54,934 bases of DNA, taken from Octopus bimaculoides (Eukaryota). Positions 11,654 to 25,556 of this stretch are shown here, one piece after another. How positions within the stretch are numbered: position 1 is the first letter of the stretch; every line of letters starts with the position of its first letter. Made by a program: the position numbers and the translations under genes. Below the pieces are notes generated by a model, which saw only the letters and a list, made by a program, of their open reading frames with translations, did not search any database and was not told where the DNA came from. The stretch lies in contig NC_068995.1 of the NCBI RefSeq assembly GCF_001194135.2, positions 19,764,375-19,819,308 on the forward strand, written 5' to 3'.

Positions 11654-13307
11654 TTTAAAGATGGGTACATACCTGATGACAGCTAATGAAAATCAGGACA
11701 TGATTTTTATTCAGTCATGAATGTGGTTGAGAAAAGAAACCAAGTTCAGAAGAAAATATATATAGTGCATCGCCACTTCCATCAATGGTAACTCGTAATA
11801 CTTAAAACCTCGATCTGAGATTCTAGGTTATCAAGCAATCTTTTGGGCTATGTAAATGGTAACATGAAAGGATGTCCACAAGGTAGCACAAATACGAATA
11901 AAGAATATGATTTTGACTTCATAAACGAAGTCGAAAAATATTTGTTTCAGTAACAACGGTCATCCATGCCTGTACATTTTGTAACTAGGCGGCTTTCTGG
12001 AAGAAATATTCTTCCTTGGAATATTACTCACTTTACAGATCTATTATCAATAAAAAAAAACAAATCTGAATCAAGTTGTGTGCGATATGCGCAGTTTTTT
12101 TAATGACATTTTGGGGGTTAGTCTTACTGATAGTCAACCAGTTTTTATTTTGATTTAGTCAACATTTGTTGCTTGTTTTTCATGCAGCTCAGTATAATCA
12201 AGTGCCTGCTCATGATGAAATGCATAAATTGATGTCTGTATATTCAGAACAAAGCTGTGTCAAAATGATTAAAAGCGAACTGATGTAAAAAAAAAAGCAA
12301 GAAAAAAAAAATAGAGTCCTTATTCTGATCGGAGAGGCAGCAAGCAATGTTCTTTCTTAAAATCACAGAGCAGTCTAAGTGAAGAACATTACTACAGAAA
12401 AATTTGTTATGCTTTAATCGATTACATCGTACACTCACTAAAAACAAGTTGCTTTTCGAATTACGGCTCGTACCGCCAGTTCAAATCTTGTTCCTGTTAA
12501 ATTTAAATCAATATGCGGTGAAATGCCAAATCCAAAATTATTCCTTTTTTGAAATTGATGTATTGTTAATAAAATCTTTTGATATTTTCCGAGATAATTT
12601 TCACACCATGGATCCAATTAATTTTACTTCCCAAACATTTATTCGGCAATGAAAGGCCGATCATTCTCTGTGCTAAGATGTCTGAAAACATAGTTTTAAT
12701 CCGGCGTAAAATGACCTAACGATGAAGGCCATTCACTAAAAGAAAATTCAAAGAACATTTGCCTCATCAATTTACTTTGAACTAGGTAAGAGTTTTTCAG
12801 AATTTGTACCTTCATTTTTAATTACGCGTGGCAAGCAATTTAACGAGCATTTGAAGTTCAACGTCTTTTAAGGTTTGAAGCTGGCTACTGGATCGAATAC
12901 AGCAATAATTAAGAAATCAGGTGAGAACTTCGCAAGTTTTTCCTACAAATAGAGCCCATGGTTTGTCATTGAAATTGAGCTTATTCTTAGACAGCACCCG
13001 TGTGAACTTACAAGTTATCTACACACACGCTGTCTTAGTACTCTAGTTATTTGAAAGCAGACATTCTCAGTTATCTTCTTCCCTCTCTTATCCTGGATCG
13101 ATATATGGAGGAACAATGGGATATAGAATCGATTATATCGATTTTCACTTGAGGAAAGAAAAAAATCCTAAAAGCCAACGATTCGCACTAGAGACTTCCT
13201 GAGGTCAGGGACCTCTGTTCAGTCATTTAGACACTTACATAGTGTATCTATAAAGAAGAGAAAAACTTATAAATTCACAGTTTAATGGAAGGTATATCCT
13301 CAAAGAA

Positions 13308-13355
<48 letters not shown>

Positions 13356-13616
13356 TGATTTGCACATCGTGCACATATACATATATTTGCACAGGAACTT
13401 GCACATTTCATATATTTGCACAGACACATGGCTTTGCAGATACTCATATAAATAGTAGAATAAACACGCGCGTCCGCACATGCATTTGTTTTTTAAAGCT
13501 ACGCCTATAAATACACGAACAGACATACAGGAGCACATGCATGTCTATACTACTAAACGCAGGACTATATAACACAGTGATGAAGTCACTGGAATTAATG
13601 CAAGCACACGCACACG

Positions 13617-13649
<33 letters not shown>

Positions 13650-14051
13650 AATTAAACATGCACAAGATCACTCAGAAATATGGATGTACAGACACGTACA
13701 TTCAAACACACACAAATAGACACACATACACATAGACACAAACATATAGAGAGCGAAAGGAAAAATAACAGTGATTGAAGATGTAGATGATATAGGCTAT
13801 TATTTTTAGACAAACGCATTTTTTTTCCAGTACATCATTCAATACGAGATTCTCCCTCATACACTTGCAAACACCATCCAAACACGTGTGTACGTGTGTT
13901 TATGTGAGTGTATGTGCATGTGATCATGTGTACCCAAATGTATGGATGTACATATGCTTGTATGTTTGTGCGTTTGTGTATGTGCATAGTATACATTTAC
14001 ATACATACAGACACGCATATATATATATATGTATATTCAGAGAAAGAGAGA

Positions 14052-14097
14052 GGAGGAGATGGAGGAAGCGGAGGAGATGGAGGAAGCGGAGGAGGAG
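14052..14097 (+). repeat. 18-bp purine tandem repeat (GGAGGAGATGGAGGAAGC) x2.4
   Basis: Direct observation. Confidence 0.85.
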
Positions 14098-14623
14098 TGA
14101 TTGAATGACGGACTGAGAGTAAACGTGATACGAAATTAAAGGTAACCGAGTGAGGGAAAAATAGAAACGTGGAAGAAAAGGAAGAAAGAAAAAGTAGATA
14201 GATAAAGAAAGAGGAAGCAGAAAAAATATACGTTAGTAGAAAAAACACGTTTGTGTCTCGGTCTGTGTCTGTGTTTATATTGGTAAGAGTGGCATGTGTG
14301 TGTGTGTCTGTGTTTGAATGTGCTTGCGAACAGAAATAGAGAAGAGATAGTGTGTTAGACGTGCTGAGTACAGCCGATGCAGCAGACGATAATAAGTCTA
14401 CCAGTAATCAGCTTAGCCTTTCTTTACTCAGCCATTTCTTTGCCATCTGACATTAAGCTTCTTACTCTTATTAACTTTCTTCCCAATTGTCTGTCTGCAA
14501 TGAAAATGATTAAAAAACCTTCATTCAGTGATTCATTCATTATTTCATTCATTTGTTTGTTTATTTTGCCGCGAGGATATTTAATTCCTCCAAACGATAT
14601 TTGATTTTTATATTGCTGTTTTT

Positions 14624-14624
<1 letters not shown>

Positions 14625-14657
<33 letters not shown>
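14625..14657. repeat. (TAG)n microsatellite
   Basis: Direct observation. Confidence 0.95.
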
Positions 14658-14658
<1 letters not shown>

Positions 14659-15048
14659 TGCTGTTGATGATGTTTTTATTGCTGCAGAATTTTAGAGATC
14701 TTAGGGACGATATTATCATACAGTTAAGAATATAAAACAACTCACTTTGGGATCGGATGTACAAATATAAGGCAGACGTTACTGTGTGTATCTTGATTAG
14801 ACACAACCCCTTCTTTCGTTTTTATTTATTTACTAAATATTTTATAGCGAAGATGAATGATATCCTTTTCAGACTCTGGTAAAGAAGACCGGATTGAACT
14901 TTTGCTGGTGAGCTTAGATTTCCGAAAGGACTTTGTCTTTAGAGAAAAATAATGATGGGGTGGGTTCCAGATATTTTAAGTTTCTCCTGTGCGCTTGATT
15001 ACCTCCCTGCCTGCTAACATATCTATGTCTATCTATCAGTCTCTCTGA

Positions 15049-15094
<46 letters not shown>

Positions 15095-16154
15095 CTCTCT
15101 CTTTTTTCTCTCTCTGTTTCTCTCTCTCTCCTACACACACACACATAGGTAGTGTGTATACATCGCTATACAAGTATATTGAAACATGTGTGGAGGGGTG
15201 GCTGTGTACGTAATGAAATTATAATCCATAGAGAGTGAAGTGATTACGTTGTTTGGTAAAATCGACATTAACTGGAAGACCATCTCATTGTTATAACATG
15301 CTTTCGAATGCTGAGTTAGACAGAAGTAAATCTGAAATGTGAATGAAATATGTTAAAATGGTAACTAACTCAGTTGGAATAAAAGAAAACAATGCTGTGT
15401 CCTGGACACAAGTTCATATTGAGTATTGAGGAATGTACAACGGTTAATGATGTTGAAAGGATAAACTATTAATCAGATGATATAAGAACGGGAGATATTT
15501 CAAGAATAATGCGTAAACACACAAGCTGTAACGGAGATATGGGCCAGTTTTACAAATGTGGGCAGTTGGTTGGCTTGTATGAGTTTAATATCTTTCGAAT
15601 ACATTTCGGATTTTTTTCTGAGTGGTTGTTGAGCTATAAAATCTCAATAAGAATGTAGATGGTATCTTTCTATTGCGCAAAGATTACTAGAGCTACAGTT
15701 TTCTTTACCCGTGGAAAGCATTCTCCATTTTAAATAATTGATTTTGAAATAGCTTTTATCTATTTCGTTATTATTACCATTGTTTCATTTCATTAAATAA
15801 CAAAAGAAAAAAATAGAGAAAAGAATTTACTAAAATTACTTTCTCATTATTAAGCTGCTGCTTGAAATACAATTTAACGTGGAATTTTGAGGGAATATTT
15901 GAATATTTTAATTACATTAATTTAAAAGAAACTTGTATCACAGAATCAGGTGTGGTTCCGTAAATTTTGATATAAGTTCGAGGCCAATACAGAGTAAATT
16001 TTTAAGTTGTTGTTCATAGCGAATAAACATTGAAACAAAAGTTCGACCATGGAGTTGAATTCAAGAGGAAATTGGTTCGTATGCGGCTAGGTGCACTGGT
16101 TGGTGTATGGTTGGTTAATAAGATCTTGAAGACTATATATTTTGTAATATTAGA

Positions 16155-16345
16155 TTCAAATGTTGGTACAAGACCAACGAATCTGAGGGAGTGAGTAAGT
16201 CGATTATTACGATTCCCGTACGCAACTGGTACTTATTTTAACGAACCCGGAGGGAATAAAAGCAAAGTTGACCTGGACGGAATTTGAAATAAAACCACAA
16301 AGCATTTTGACCAGCGTGTTAACGATTCTGCCTGTTTACCGCCTT
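16155..16345 (-). mobile_element. SINE family A, diverged, with internal deletion
   Basis: Retains aacgattctgcc..ccgcctt head and caactggtacttatttt body motifs. Confidence 0.8.
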
Positions 16346-18165
16346 ACAGTGTTCTAAATTATATTCACAATTAATGGTTAACGAATAACTTTTCACCTCT
16401 ACTAATACTAGTAAGCTCATTGACTTGATGTGTATTTTTCATATGCATGGATGTTAGAGTTTTGTGGTGTTACGAATAAGTTGATTTGATTACTATTTTA
16501 AACAATGGCGTTCACATTTCACTTCATCATAACTCATTATCTTGATGTGTATATAGTATGTGGGGGGGGGAGAAGGAGAGAGGTATAGTAAAGAAGTCAG
16601 TAATGATAACATGTAACACAAGAAACTTGCAAAGCAACCCAGGTATTTGACAATCACCATTACACCTCTCCATGAGAGCATGTATCAATATGAGTAGCGA
16701 AATAAAAGGAGATTGCGGGCAGTAAAGCGACAGAGAAAATACTAGCGTAAGATCTTTGTGGTGTGTTGTAGTACAATAGAAGTTAAAGCAAATCAGCCGA
16801 AATCTACTGAGATAAAAATAAGAAAAAAAAAATTTTTCTTTTTTTTTTTAATGTGAAGAAGAACAGAACTTTTGCGTTGCAAAATGCTATCAAACGATTA
16901 ACGATAAGAAAATATAGAGAAAAATATGTATACAATATATACTGAAAATGTATGTATAAAATATAGAGAGTTTATGTATTAAAAAAAGATAACATATGGT
17001 TAGTTTCATTTGAATTAGTGAAAGAAAATGTACTGAACATTCCTTCAGCACCAACCAAGTTGAAGATAGTGTTTGGTGACATGTATCTTTCTTTTTCACT
17101 GCCATTGTGTTTGAATAAATGTTGTCTGGTCGTAACTTCGAAAAATCTAAAGACAGTTATTATATTTCTCTTTCCCACCGCCTCAATGTCTCTCCCACTA
17201 TCTTTTATGTATTTCTTCAGTACGCCGGTGTTTCGAGGTACAGTCTCTGCGAGTAGTTTTTGTGCTATTATGTTCAAGCGCAATTGCGAGTGCGTGTGTG
17301 TGCACTGCACGATATATTTTCTGGTTTGTGCGCTCATGTCACCCGTTACACGCACACCTTACATACACTAAACACATACACACACACTTACACTCATACA
17401 CTCACGCACGAATACTCATGTATGCATATTTGTAAGCACATTATAAATTTTACACATACAAGTATTTTAAACTAAATTTATTTTCAAGTAAGTATATTTT
17501 ATGTAGCTTGGTTAGTTCTCACGCAAATCAGTGTTTTCTTTATTGATTTCTTTATCGAAGCAAATATTTTTGGCTCAGGTCAGAACATCGGCGGTATTTG
17601 TCACTGAGGAGACCAAATCAAGGCGAAAATTTTGTCGGGTGACCTCCCAGCATTCTGAGCGAAGCTGTGAACTTAAAATACAAATCTCTTCGAGATGTTT
17701 CTTCTGAGACAAGATACTACATTTACGGCCATCCTATGTTTCTGCATACATTTCAAATATAATACACAAAAGTGTTTTAACTAAATATTCTAGTAAATGA
17801 TCTTTTTAAAACATACGCATGTATACATATACACACACATTAAAGCATTGAAAATTATAATAAAATATACAAATAAACAAAATGAATGTATGAATGTATA
17901 AATGAAAATAAAGTAAATACAAATTACAAATAGAATAAAATCAGGCTACACAACTACACAAGAACGACAACTTTCTATTTTTAACACTAGGACGAAGCGA
18001 GAAATATTCCACGTCTTCAGGAGGATGCTGGATTATGGTTATAGTTTTACCTTCAGTCTTTTAAATTCCTGTCCTATTTCTTCATCCTCAGTCAACACAT
18101 CGCCTACTCCTTCATCTGCCGTATCCCTCTGACTCCATGTCCGTTAGCTTTCACGGAATCATATT

Positions 18166-18393
18166 TCTTTTATTTTCTATTTTTTACTTGTTTCAGTCAT
18201 TAGACAGCAGCCATGCTGGAAGAATTTTTAGTCGAATGAATCGATCTCAATACTGAATTTTGCTAAGCCTAGCACTTATTCTATCGGTAACTTTTGCCGA
18301 ACCGCTAAGTTACGGGGGGCGTAGTCACACCAACTTCGGTTGTCAAGTTGTGGGACAGACACAAACGCAAAGACACACATGCACGCACGCACG

Positions 18394-18482
<89 letters not shown>

Positions 18483-18647
18483 GACGGGCTTCTTTCAGTC
18501 TCTCTCTACCAAATCCACTCACAAGGTCTTGGTTGGCCCGAGGCTATACCAGAAGACACTTGCCCAAGGTGCACCACGCTGCAGAAATGAACTCAGAACC
18601 ATGTGGTTGAGAAGCATGCTTCTTACCACATAGCCGCGCCTGCGCCT
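18166..18647 (-). mobile_element. tRNA-derived SINE, family B, full length with internal (CA)n/(TA)n tract
   Basis: Minus strand head aggcgcaggcgcggctatgtggtaagaagc; body gacggaaactgaaagaagcccgtcgt-like; central microsatellite; 3' part gtcaaatgactgaaacaagtaaaa-like. Same architecture as 31762 and 37088. Confidence 0.9.
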
Positions 18648-18787
18648 ATATGTTCGCTAGCATTTATAACTAACAAACCCAGTCTTTAACTGCACATTGA
18701 TTTAGATTACATTTTCAATAACGACTAAGAAATCCCTGTCCTCATGCACTACAACAACATCATCATACGCTATACCAATAAAAACCG

Positions 18788-18819
18788 GGTCCTGCGGGTC
18801 CTGCGGGTCCTGCGGGTCC
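18788..18819 (+). repeat. GC-rich 9-bp tandem repeat (GGGTCCTGC) x3.5
   Basis: Direct observation. Confidence 0.9.
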
Positions 18820-20807
18820 AGTATGGTCATGTTCACTAACACGAACATAGGTTTTGGTCGCGTTTCAGGATTCTCAGTGTATACACAGGTAACTTAGCTA
18901 TTTTGAGTCTCATTTGATTAATGATGCCGTCGTTAGATATAACTTTCCAATATATCAAGTCATTGCGAGCGAAAAGGGATTACATGTGCTGCCCGGAATG
19001 AACAAATACCACGTAGAGTATTTTTACTTAAAAACAATTTCCTTTCTTCTTATCATTGGTGCTCAAAACTGTTGTAGCTATAGATCGGAGTAAGATTTAC
19101 ACAAATATAAACGCAACGCACGCGCAAACACACACACGCACACACACACACACACATGCACACACACACATACACACACATACACACGCACACACACACA
19201 CATATATATAATACAGGTGGTTTAAAATCATTTAAAACATATTTTTCCGGTCAGCGTAAATTATGACAGGAAATGCATCCATTATGAAAGACCTTTCTCA
19301 GTTACACCATTTCAAATTATTTTAGAATATTTTAACTAAGGAAGATCTTACATAAATGATACATTTACCAACATACACGCAGACCTGAAACGTATTATTA
19401 AGCGATATTAAAATATCACTATTGGTTTAACTCCATTATTGTACGACTCGATGTCATTTGAAACTAGTCGATTCAGGTTCCTCTTGCGGGGGAGTAGAAG
19501 TTTCTGGTACTATGCACCGCTTCTTAGCGCAACACGATATGTGTGTGTGTGTGCGTGTGTGTGTGACTGCGTGTGTGACTCCGAACTACAACGGGCGTGT
19601 ACATTCTTGCATTTACTTATACTCGCGCGAATATTTATGTATGTGTATGTGCCTGTCTGTCTTTACATGTATTCAAGTATATATGTATAAATATGTACAG
19701 TCGTATACACACAGGCACCCCCACACACACACACAGACGCACTCGCATACACATCACGCGCACCCACGCTCGTACGTACGCTCGCGCGCACGCACATAGT
19801 CACACACACACACGCACACATACCACAAATACACGCACATAGTTGCAGCCGTAAAAATCAGCATTTGCATATACGCACACATTTCCAGTTCTAAAAAAAT
19901 TGCAAGTAAATCATATATTTTTTAATCCAACCTTCGTTTGAATGGGATTGTTCAAACATTCCTCGGTTGTTGCGGAGACATCATGAACTGATACGATAAC
20001 GCTACAAAATGTCTACTTTTAATTTCTTTATCAGTTAAAATGCTTAAGCTACAGTTCATTGAGTTGTGCTTGAAAAGCTTACCAACTAACAACTTTGACA
20101 GCTATCAGTTTATCGTTAAATATCAATAATCTAAATTTCCACCCTTACAAGATAGGTAATAAAAACATTATTCACATTCTTATTATTCGCCATGATCCAG
20201 AGCGATTGATTATACATGGTCGATAGATAGGACTGAAAATAGAAGCTAAATTGTCTTCAAAACACGCCTTACTATCTTATAACGAAAAGGGTACAGAGCA
20301 ATATAACCCAGGTGAAACGAATCGATGGTCTGAACAAAATATCCTTAAACATCGCGCGAATCATTCAGGGCTGATCTCAGAGTGAAAAGTATCAAATGAT
20401 CATCCAACTTGTAACTTAACTGTTCAGTTCTAAAACTTCCTTAACGCCACATTTTCTTTACCATTCTTATAAGTGGTTCATTTTCTAAACTCTAACGACA
20501 TCTGCATATGACCAGGAGTAAAAGGTCAAAGGCATTGTTTGTGCTTATCATAGTAGTCTTCTGTTAACCTTAGCGTGGTTGTTGTTATCGGCGGGGTTAA
20601 TGACGATGATTAATTTCAGTGTATATAGGCCAGAGCCCAGAGCTGTGCTAATTTCACCGGTATTTCCTTCGAGATAGGTAAATACTGATGTTTTGTTATT
20701 GCTATTATTGTTGTTATTTAGTCATTTAATTAGGATCAATGAAAGGAATCACAACTAATTAACTAAATAACATTTTTCCACATTGTGTATCTTGAACTTT
20801 CCATGCA

Positions 20808-21610
20808 TACGGGGGGCTTGGGGTACAGAAAAGAAACCGGAATTTTGCAACGTTCTTTTACTCACTTAGTTTTACATGCTTACACTTTTATCGCCTTCAA
20901 ATATTCTCCATTTGAAGCAATGCCTTGGGGCAGACACGTTTTCCATTGTTCGAAGTAGTGCTGGAACTCTCGCGAAATAATGCCTTTTAAAGCCTTCGTC
21001 TTTTCGTTTTCACCTCTTCCACATTCGCAAATTCTGTAGCACCAGATTTCATCACCAGTGATGGCCTTCGAAGAAAGGTCAGGATCAACTTCAAATTTCT
21101 TTCAGTTCACGACACGCATTCAGTCGTAACTGCTTTTGATCTTCCATGAGCAAGAAAGACACGAATTTTGCCGCAACACTTTTCATTCGCAAATCTTCGC
21201 TCAAAATTCGTTGGTAGGAGTTCCAGGACACACCAGTCATATCAACAAGTTCTATCAGTTGTTCAGTGACGGTAATCCGAGATCCGTTCATTAATTTTCA
21301 TGTTTTTATTCGTCCGGGAGGTCGAGGGTCGTCCTGAACGAGGTAGGTCTTCAAGCGACAAGTGACCATTCCTAAAGCGTGAAAATCACTCGTAAACTTG
21401 TGTTTTGAACATCCTTGTACGATGTTTGAAGGATGACATCTGTTTTGGCCGCCGTTTTCCTCAGGAGAAAACAGAATTTCATGGAAGCACACAATTCCTT
21501 CGTTTCAGCCATCAAGGCTGAGGGCTACATCAAGTGACATCTAGCAGCGGAAGTCCGAACTACAACGGGCTTGTCTCACAGAGAAGGTTTCTTTTGGGTA
21601 CCCCATCGTA
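20808..21610 (-). mobile_element. Internally deleted mariner element with both TIRs
   Basis: TIRs ggggtacagaaaagaaacc (20820-20838) and its near-inverse ggtttcttttgggtacccc (21586-21604). Minus-strand translation: MAETKELCASMKFCFLL..KTQVYE*FSRFRNGHLSLEDLPRSGRPSTS; TGVSWNSYQRILSEDLRMKSVAAKFV; ITGDEIWCY joined directly to C-terminal FANVEEVK..EFQHYFEQWK..IASNGEY. Confidence 0.92.
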
Positions 21611-21869
21611 ATTTTACTTCATTTTCAAGCGTCAAAAGTGTAAGCACAGTTTCGGTACTTCCAGCATGTCTTCTGTACACAATTAGCTGTGATGAAATTA
21701 GCAGAGATAATGGTCGAGTCATTATGGGATAAACACAAAGAAAATATGTCATTTGAAAGAATAAGACATAACTTCATACAAAAAAACAAAAGCACTTCAT
21801 CAGGTGCTGTAGTAATTCTACCACTTTGACACTGCCGTTTGTATGTATATAAAAAGAGGCCTGGTGTGT

Positions 21870-22028
21870 AAACGCCGAATTACTCCTTTCTGCCAGATGA
21901 TTGGACTGGGACAACATGAAATGAGGTGTTTTACTCAAGAATACAACGCGTGACCCGGTCCAGGAATCAAACTCACAATCTTACAATCATGAGTGCAACA
22001 CCCTAACCACTAAACCACGCATCTCCAC
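21870..22028 (-). mobile_element. tRNA-head SINE, family C, with CORE-like central domain
   Basis: Minus strand gtggagatgcgtggtttagtggttagggtgttgcactcatgattgtaagattgtgagtttgattcc (A/B boxes), then gttgtattcttgagtaaaacacctcatttcatgttgtcccagtcca. Confidence 0.75.
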
Positions 22029-23521
22029 ATAATTCAAGGATCAAATCCTTTAAATAAAGTAAAACTGCTTCTATTGGTTATACGTATTGGAAACTTGCAC
22101 TTACATAATATCTATCACGAAGTATGATATCTAATGAGTATCTCTCCATCGCTTGGCGAAAAGCTTTCTGTTGAGCGATCAACTGAATCACTTGCTTTCG
22201 AATTAACGCTGCGCTGATAATAGTCTAAATAGCATTTTTCTCCGACGCGTTTATATTACAGCAGTTCTCCTTCCCTGCGTTGAGACACGTAATGCAATCT
22301 TTGAATGTTAGTTTTGACAATATGTTTGCTGCTGATACAGTCAACATATATATAGACTGGGAAGACCATTGTTGAAATGACTACTCGATAGACGTGGGGA
22401 ATAGAGAGATTACATTTAGCTGCAACTACGGATGTGCTTTTTCCATTTAAGTCCAATGGGCGGGATTTTTAACTTAAGCAACCCCGAGCTATCGCTACCT
22501 AAAAACCTCCTTTTCGTTTCTTTTCTTTTCAGTTGTTTCTCTTAACGTGTTATCACTCCCGGTGAACATAAAAATGAATTCTAATTTCACGGATCCCTCA
22601 AGCACAATGGTTTCATGGACTTCGGTTGCCAGAATACTGATATATAAATGCTTCATTCGTGCCCTGTGAAAGTGTGCGTACTTATGGTCATATGTATATG
22701 TGTGTCTGGATAGCGTTTGTACGTAAGATTGTTTGCTCATATGTATTTTTACGTGTGTGTAGGTGTCTAAATGTGTTTTCATCTTTGTATCATAATGACA
22801 TGACCCATATCTTCGGTTTATCACAGGCAATTCACTTCACCGCAAAGGATTTTATTGTCCTGCAAATAATCTTACTGCTCTAAGTACTGAATGGCTTCGG
22901 TGATTGTGACTTCCCAAATTTTATAAGGAGGTTACCGTGATTTAGCATCTAATGAAGCGTGCTCACACTTAGTGAATCACGCACGCGCACTACATATACC
23001 ACACACACACACACATGTACATACATAGACGCACGCACACAAACGCAGATTGTACGTGCGTGTGTGTGTGTGTATGTGTGTGCAGTGTGTATGTGAATGT
23101 GCGCGCGCAAAGTGTATGATCGTGTTAATATACATATACATATATGTATATAAGTACGTATGTATGCAAGTATGTAAATAGGTATATATATATATATATA
23201 TATATATNNNNNNNNNNNNNNNNNNNNNNNNNNNNNNNNNNNNNNNNNNNNNNNNNNNNNNNNNNNNNNNNNNNNNNNNNNNNNNNNNNNNNNNNNNNNN
23301 NNNNNNNNNNNNNNNNNNNNNNNNNNNNNNNNNNNNNNNNNNNNNNNNNNNNNNNNNNNNNNNNNNNNNNNNNNNNNNNNNNNNNNNNNNNNNNNNNNNN
23401 NNNNNNNNNNNNNNNNNNNNNNNNNNNNNNNNNNNNNNNNNNNNNNNNNNNNNNNNNNNNNNNNNNNNNNNNNNNNNNNNNNNNNNNNNNNNNNNNNNNN
23501 NNNNNNNNNNNNNNNNNNNNN

Positions 23522-23579
<58 letters not shown>

Positions 23580-24287
23580 TAGGCATACACACACATAGGC
23601 ATACACACATATACATACGCTACTATATATGGATACTTTCACACATGCACACGCATACATATATATAGACATACATACATATACACATGCATACATACAT
23701 ATATATATAGATACGTACATACATACAAACAAGCATACATACACACACACACACTCATATAATGGGTCTGTTAACGCTAATCTTCTGCTTGTGAGGAGCA
23801 TTAATTGAAGTGTAACATTTCTAGGCTACCTAACAAATAAACGTTCTCAGCAGATGTTCCTTCGCCGCAATTAAAGCGAGTTGCTAACTTATTTGATGTG
23901 AAAGTGTTTGCCTTTCATCCGAGATATGGCTGGGTGAGTTGGTTTTAGCACCTATATACACCAACATACTTTCTATCGACTTAATAACCATACAGGTATG
24001 TATACGAATAGAAACTCTTTCTAATACATTCATGCAACTTTCTCTGCTCACTTATTCTTTTCTCTTTTTTTTTATTTCCCTCTCACTCTATGTATTTTCC
24101 TGCACTTACGTGCGCTCACACACTATTGTATACCAGGGTGTAAATATACAAATATGTGTGTGCATGTGTATACATACAAGCATATATATATATATGTGTG
24201 TGTGTACAAACACATTCATACATACGTACATGCATACATGTATACATACCCTCATATATATGCGTATATATATATGTATATGTGTGG

Positions 24288-24319
<32 letters not shown>

Positions 24320-25370
24320 NNNNNNNNNNNNNNNNNNNNNNNNNNNNNNNNNNNNNNNNNNNNNNNNNNNNNNNNNNNNNNNNNNNNNNNNNNNNNNNNN
24401 NNNNNNNNNNNNNNNNNNNNNNNNNNNNNNNNNNNNNNNNNNNNNNNNNNNNNNNNNNNNNNNNNNNNNNNNNNNNNNNNNNNNNNNNNNNNNNNNNNNN
24501 NNNNNNNNNNNNNNNNNNNNNNNNNNNNNNNNNNNNNNNNNNNNNNNNNNNNNNNNNNNNNNNNNNNNNNNNNNNNNNNNNNNNNNNNNNNNNNNNNNNN
24601 NNNNNNNNNNNNNNNNNNNNNNNNNNNNNNNNNNNNNNNNNNNNNNNNNNNNNNNNNNNNNNNNNNNNNNNNNNNNNNNNNNNNNNNNNNNNNNNNNNNN
24701 NNNNNNNNNNNNNNNNNNNNNNNNNNNNNNNNNNNNNNNNNNNNNNNNNNNNNNNNNNNNNNNNNNNNNNNNNNNNNNNNNNNNNNNNNNNNNNNNNNNN
24801 NNNNNNNNNNNNNNNNNNNNNNNNNNNNNNNNNNNNNNNNNNNNNNNNNNNNNNNNNNNNNTATATATATATATATATATATATATACACAAACACACAC
24901 ATATATATGTATGTATCTATGTATGCATGCACATATGTATATATAATATGTGTGCGCGTGTGTATATGTATGTATATATATATATATATATGTATGTACG
25001 TATGTATGTTGCTATGTATGTATACATACATACATATATACACAGGGAAATGGGTGGTGAAGAGATGAACATTGATCACTTCTTATAAAGTAGCCCCACT
25101 TCACATAATAACAATCTACTTAAGAAATTTAAATCAGTATTTTGATCTGCTAGAAACAGAAACCACATTTCCCTCAAATCCCGCCCAACCGTAAGAGGCA
25201 TTACATAATGTATTTCTCGATAACCGTAAAACATCACAATGGTAGCCGTTGGAATGATACGCCAATTAAATCTACGCTATTAGATTGAGAGTAAGGTTAA
25301 ACAAAAAGAAAAGCTAATTGAAGATTTGAGAATGAAGCTTAAATTATTTAAATTGTTATAAACTTGAAGT

Positions 25371-25520
25371 TCCTCCATTTTAGCACTAGCCATCAGCCTG
25401 GTGTATTGATGTTAATAAAGTCTGACAAATTCTTAGTAATGATATAGGTCAATGAAAATGTAATAAAATGTAAGCGATCCTGAAAGGAAGCTTTATATAT
25501 TTTGCTATTCAAGTTTACTG
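25371..25520 (+). repeat. Diverged ~150-bp direct repeat, copy 1
   Basis: Shares ttttagcactagccatca, aaattcttagtaatgatat and tgaaaggaagctttatatattttg blocks with 25767-25915. Confidence 0.85.
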
Positions 25521-25556
25521 TATCACCACCCTTCATGAAAAAGTAGTTTAAATATA

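Noticed and set aside
11671-11697. CCTGATGA...GAAAATCAGG, hammerhead-like words
   Set aside because: No stem II or cleavage-site helix; it folds as a simple hairpin
16972-17355. 127-aa minus-strand ORF with protein-like middle
   Set aside because: No recognisable motif or convincing splice sites, and an overlapping antisense ORF of similar length exists
17570-17760. Open frames on both strands with acceptor-like sites
   Set aside because: Short and strand-ambiguous, with no recognisable homology
18040-18150. Acidic minus-strand peptide WSQRDTADEGVGDVLTEDEEIGQEFKRLK
   Set aside because: No good acceptor; only about 30 codons; cannot be distinguished from chance or a LINE scrap
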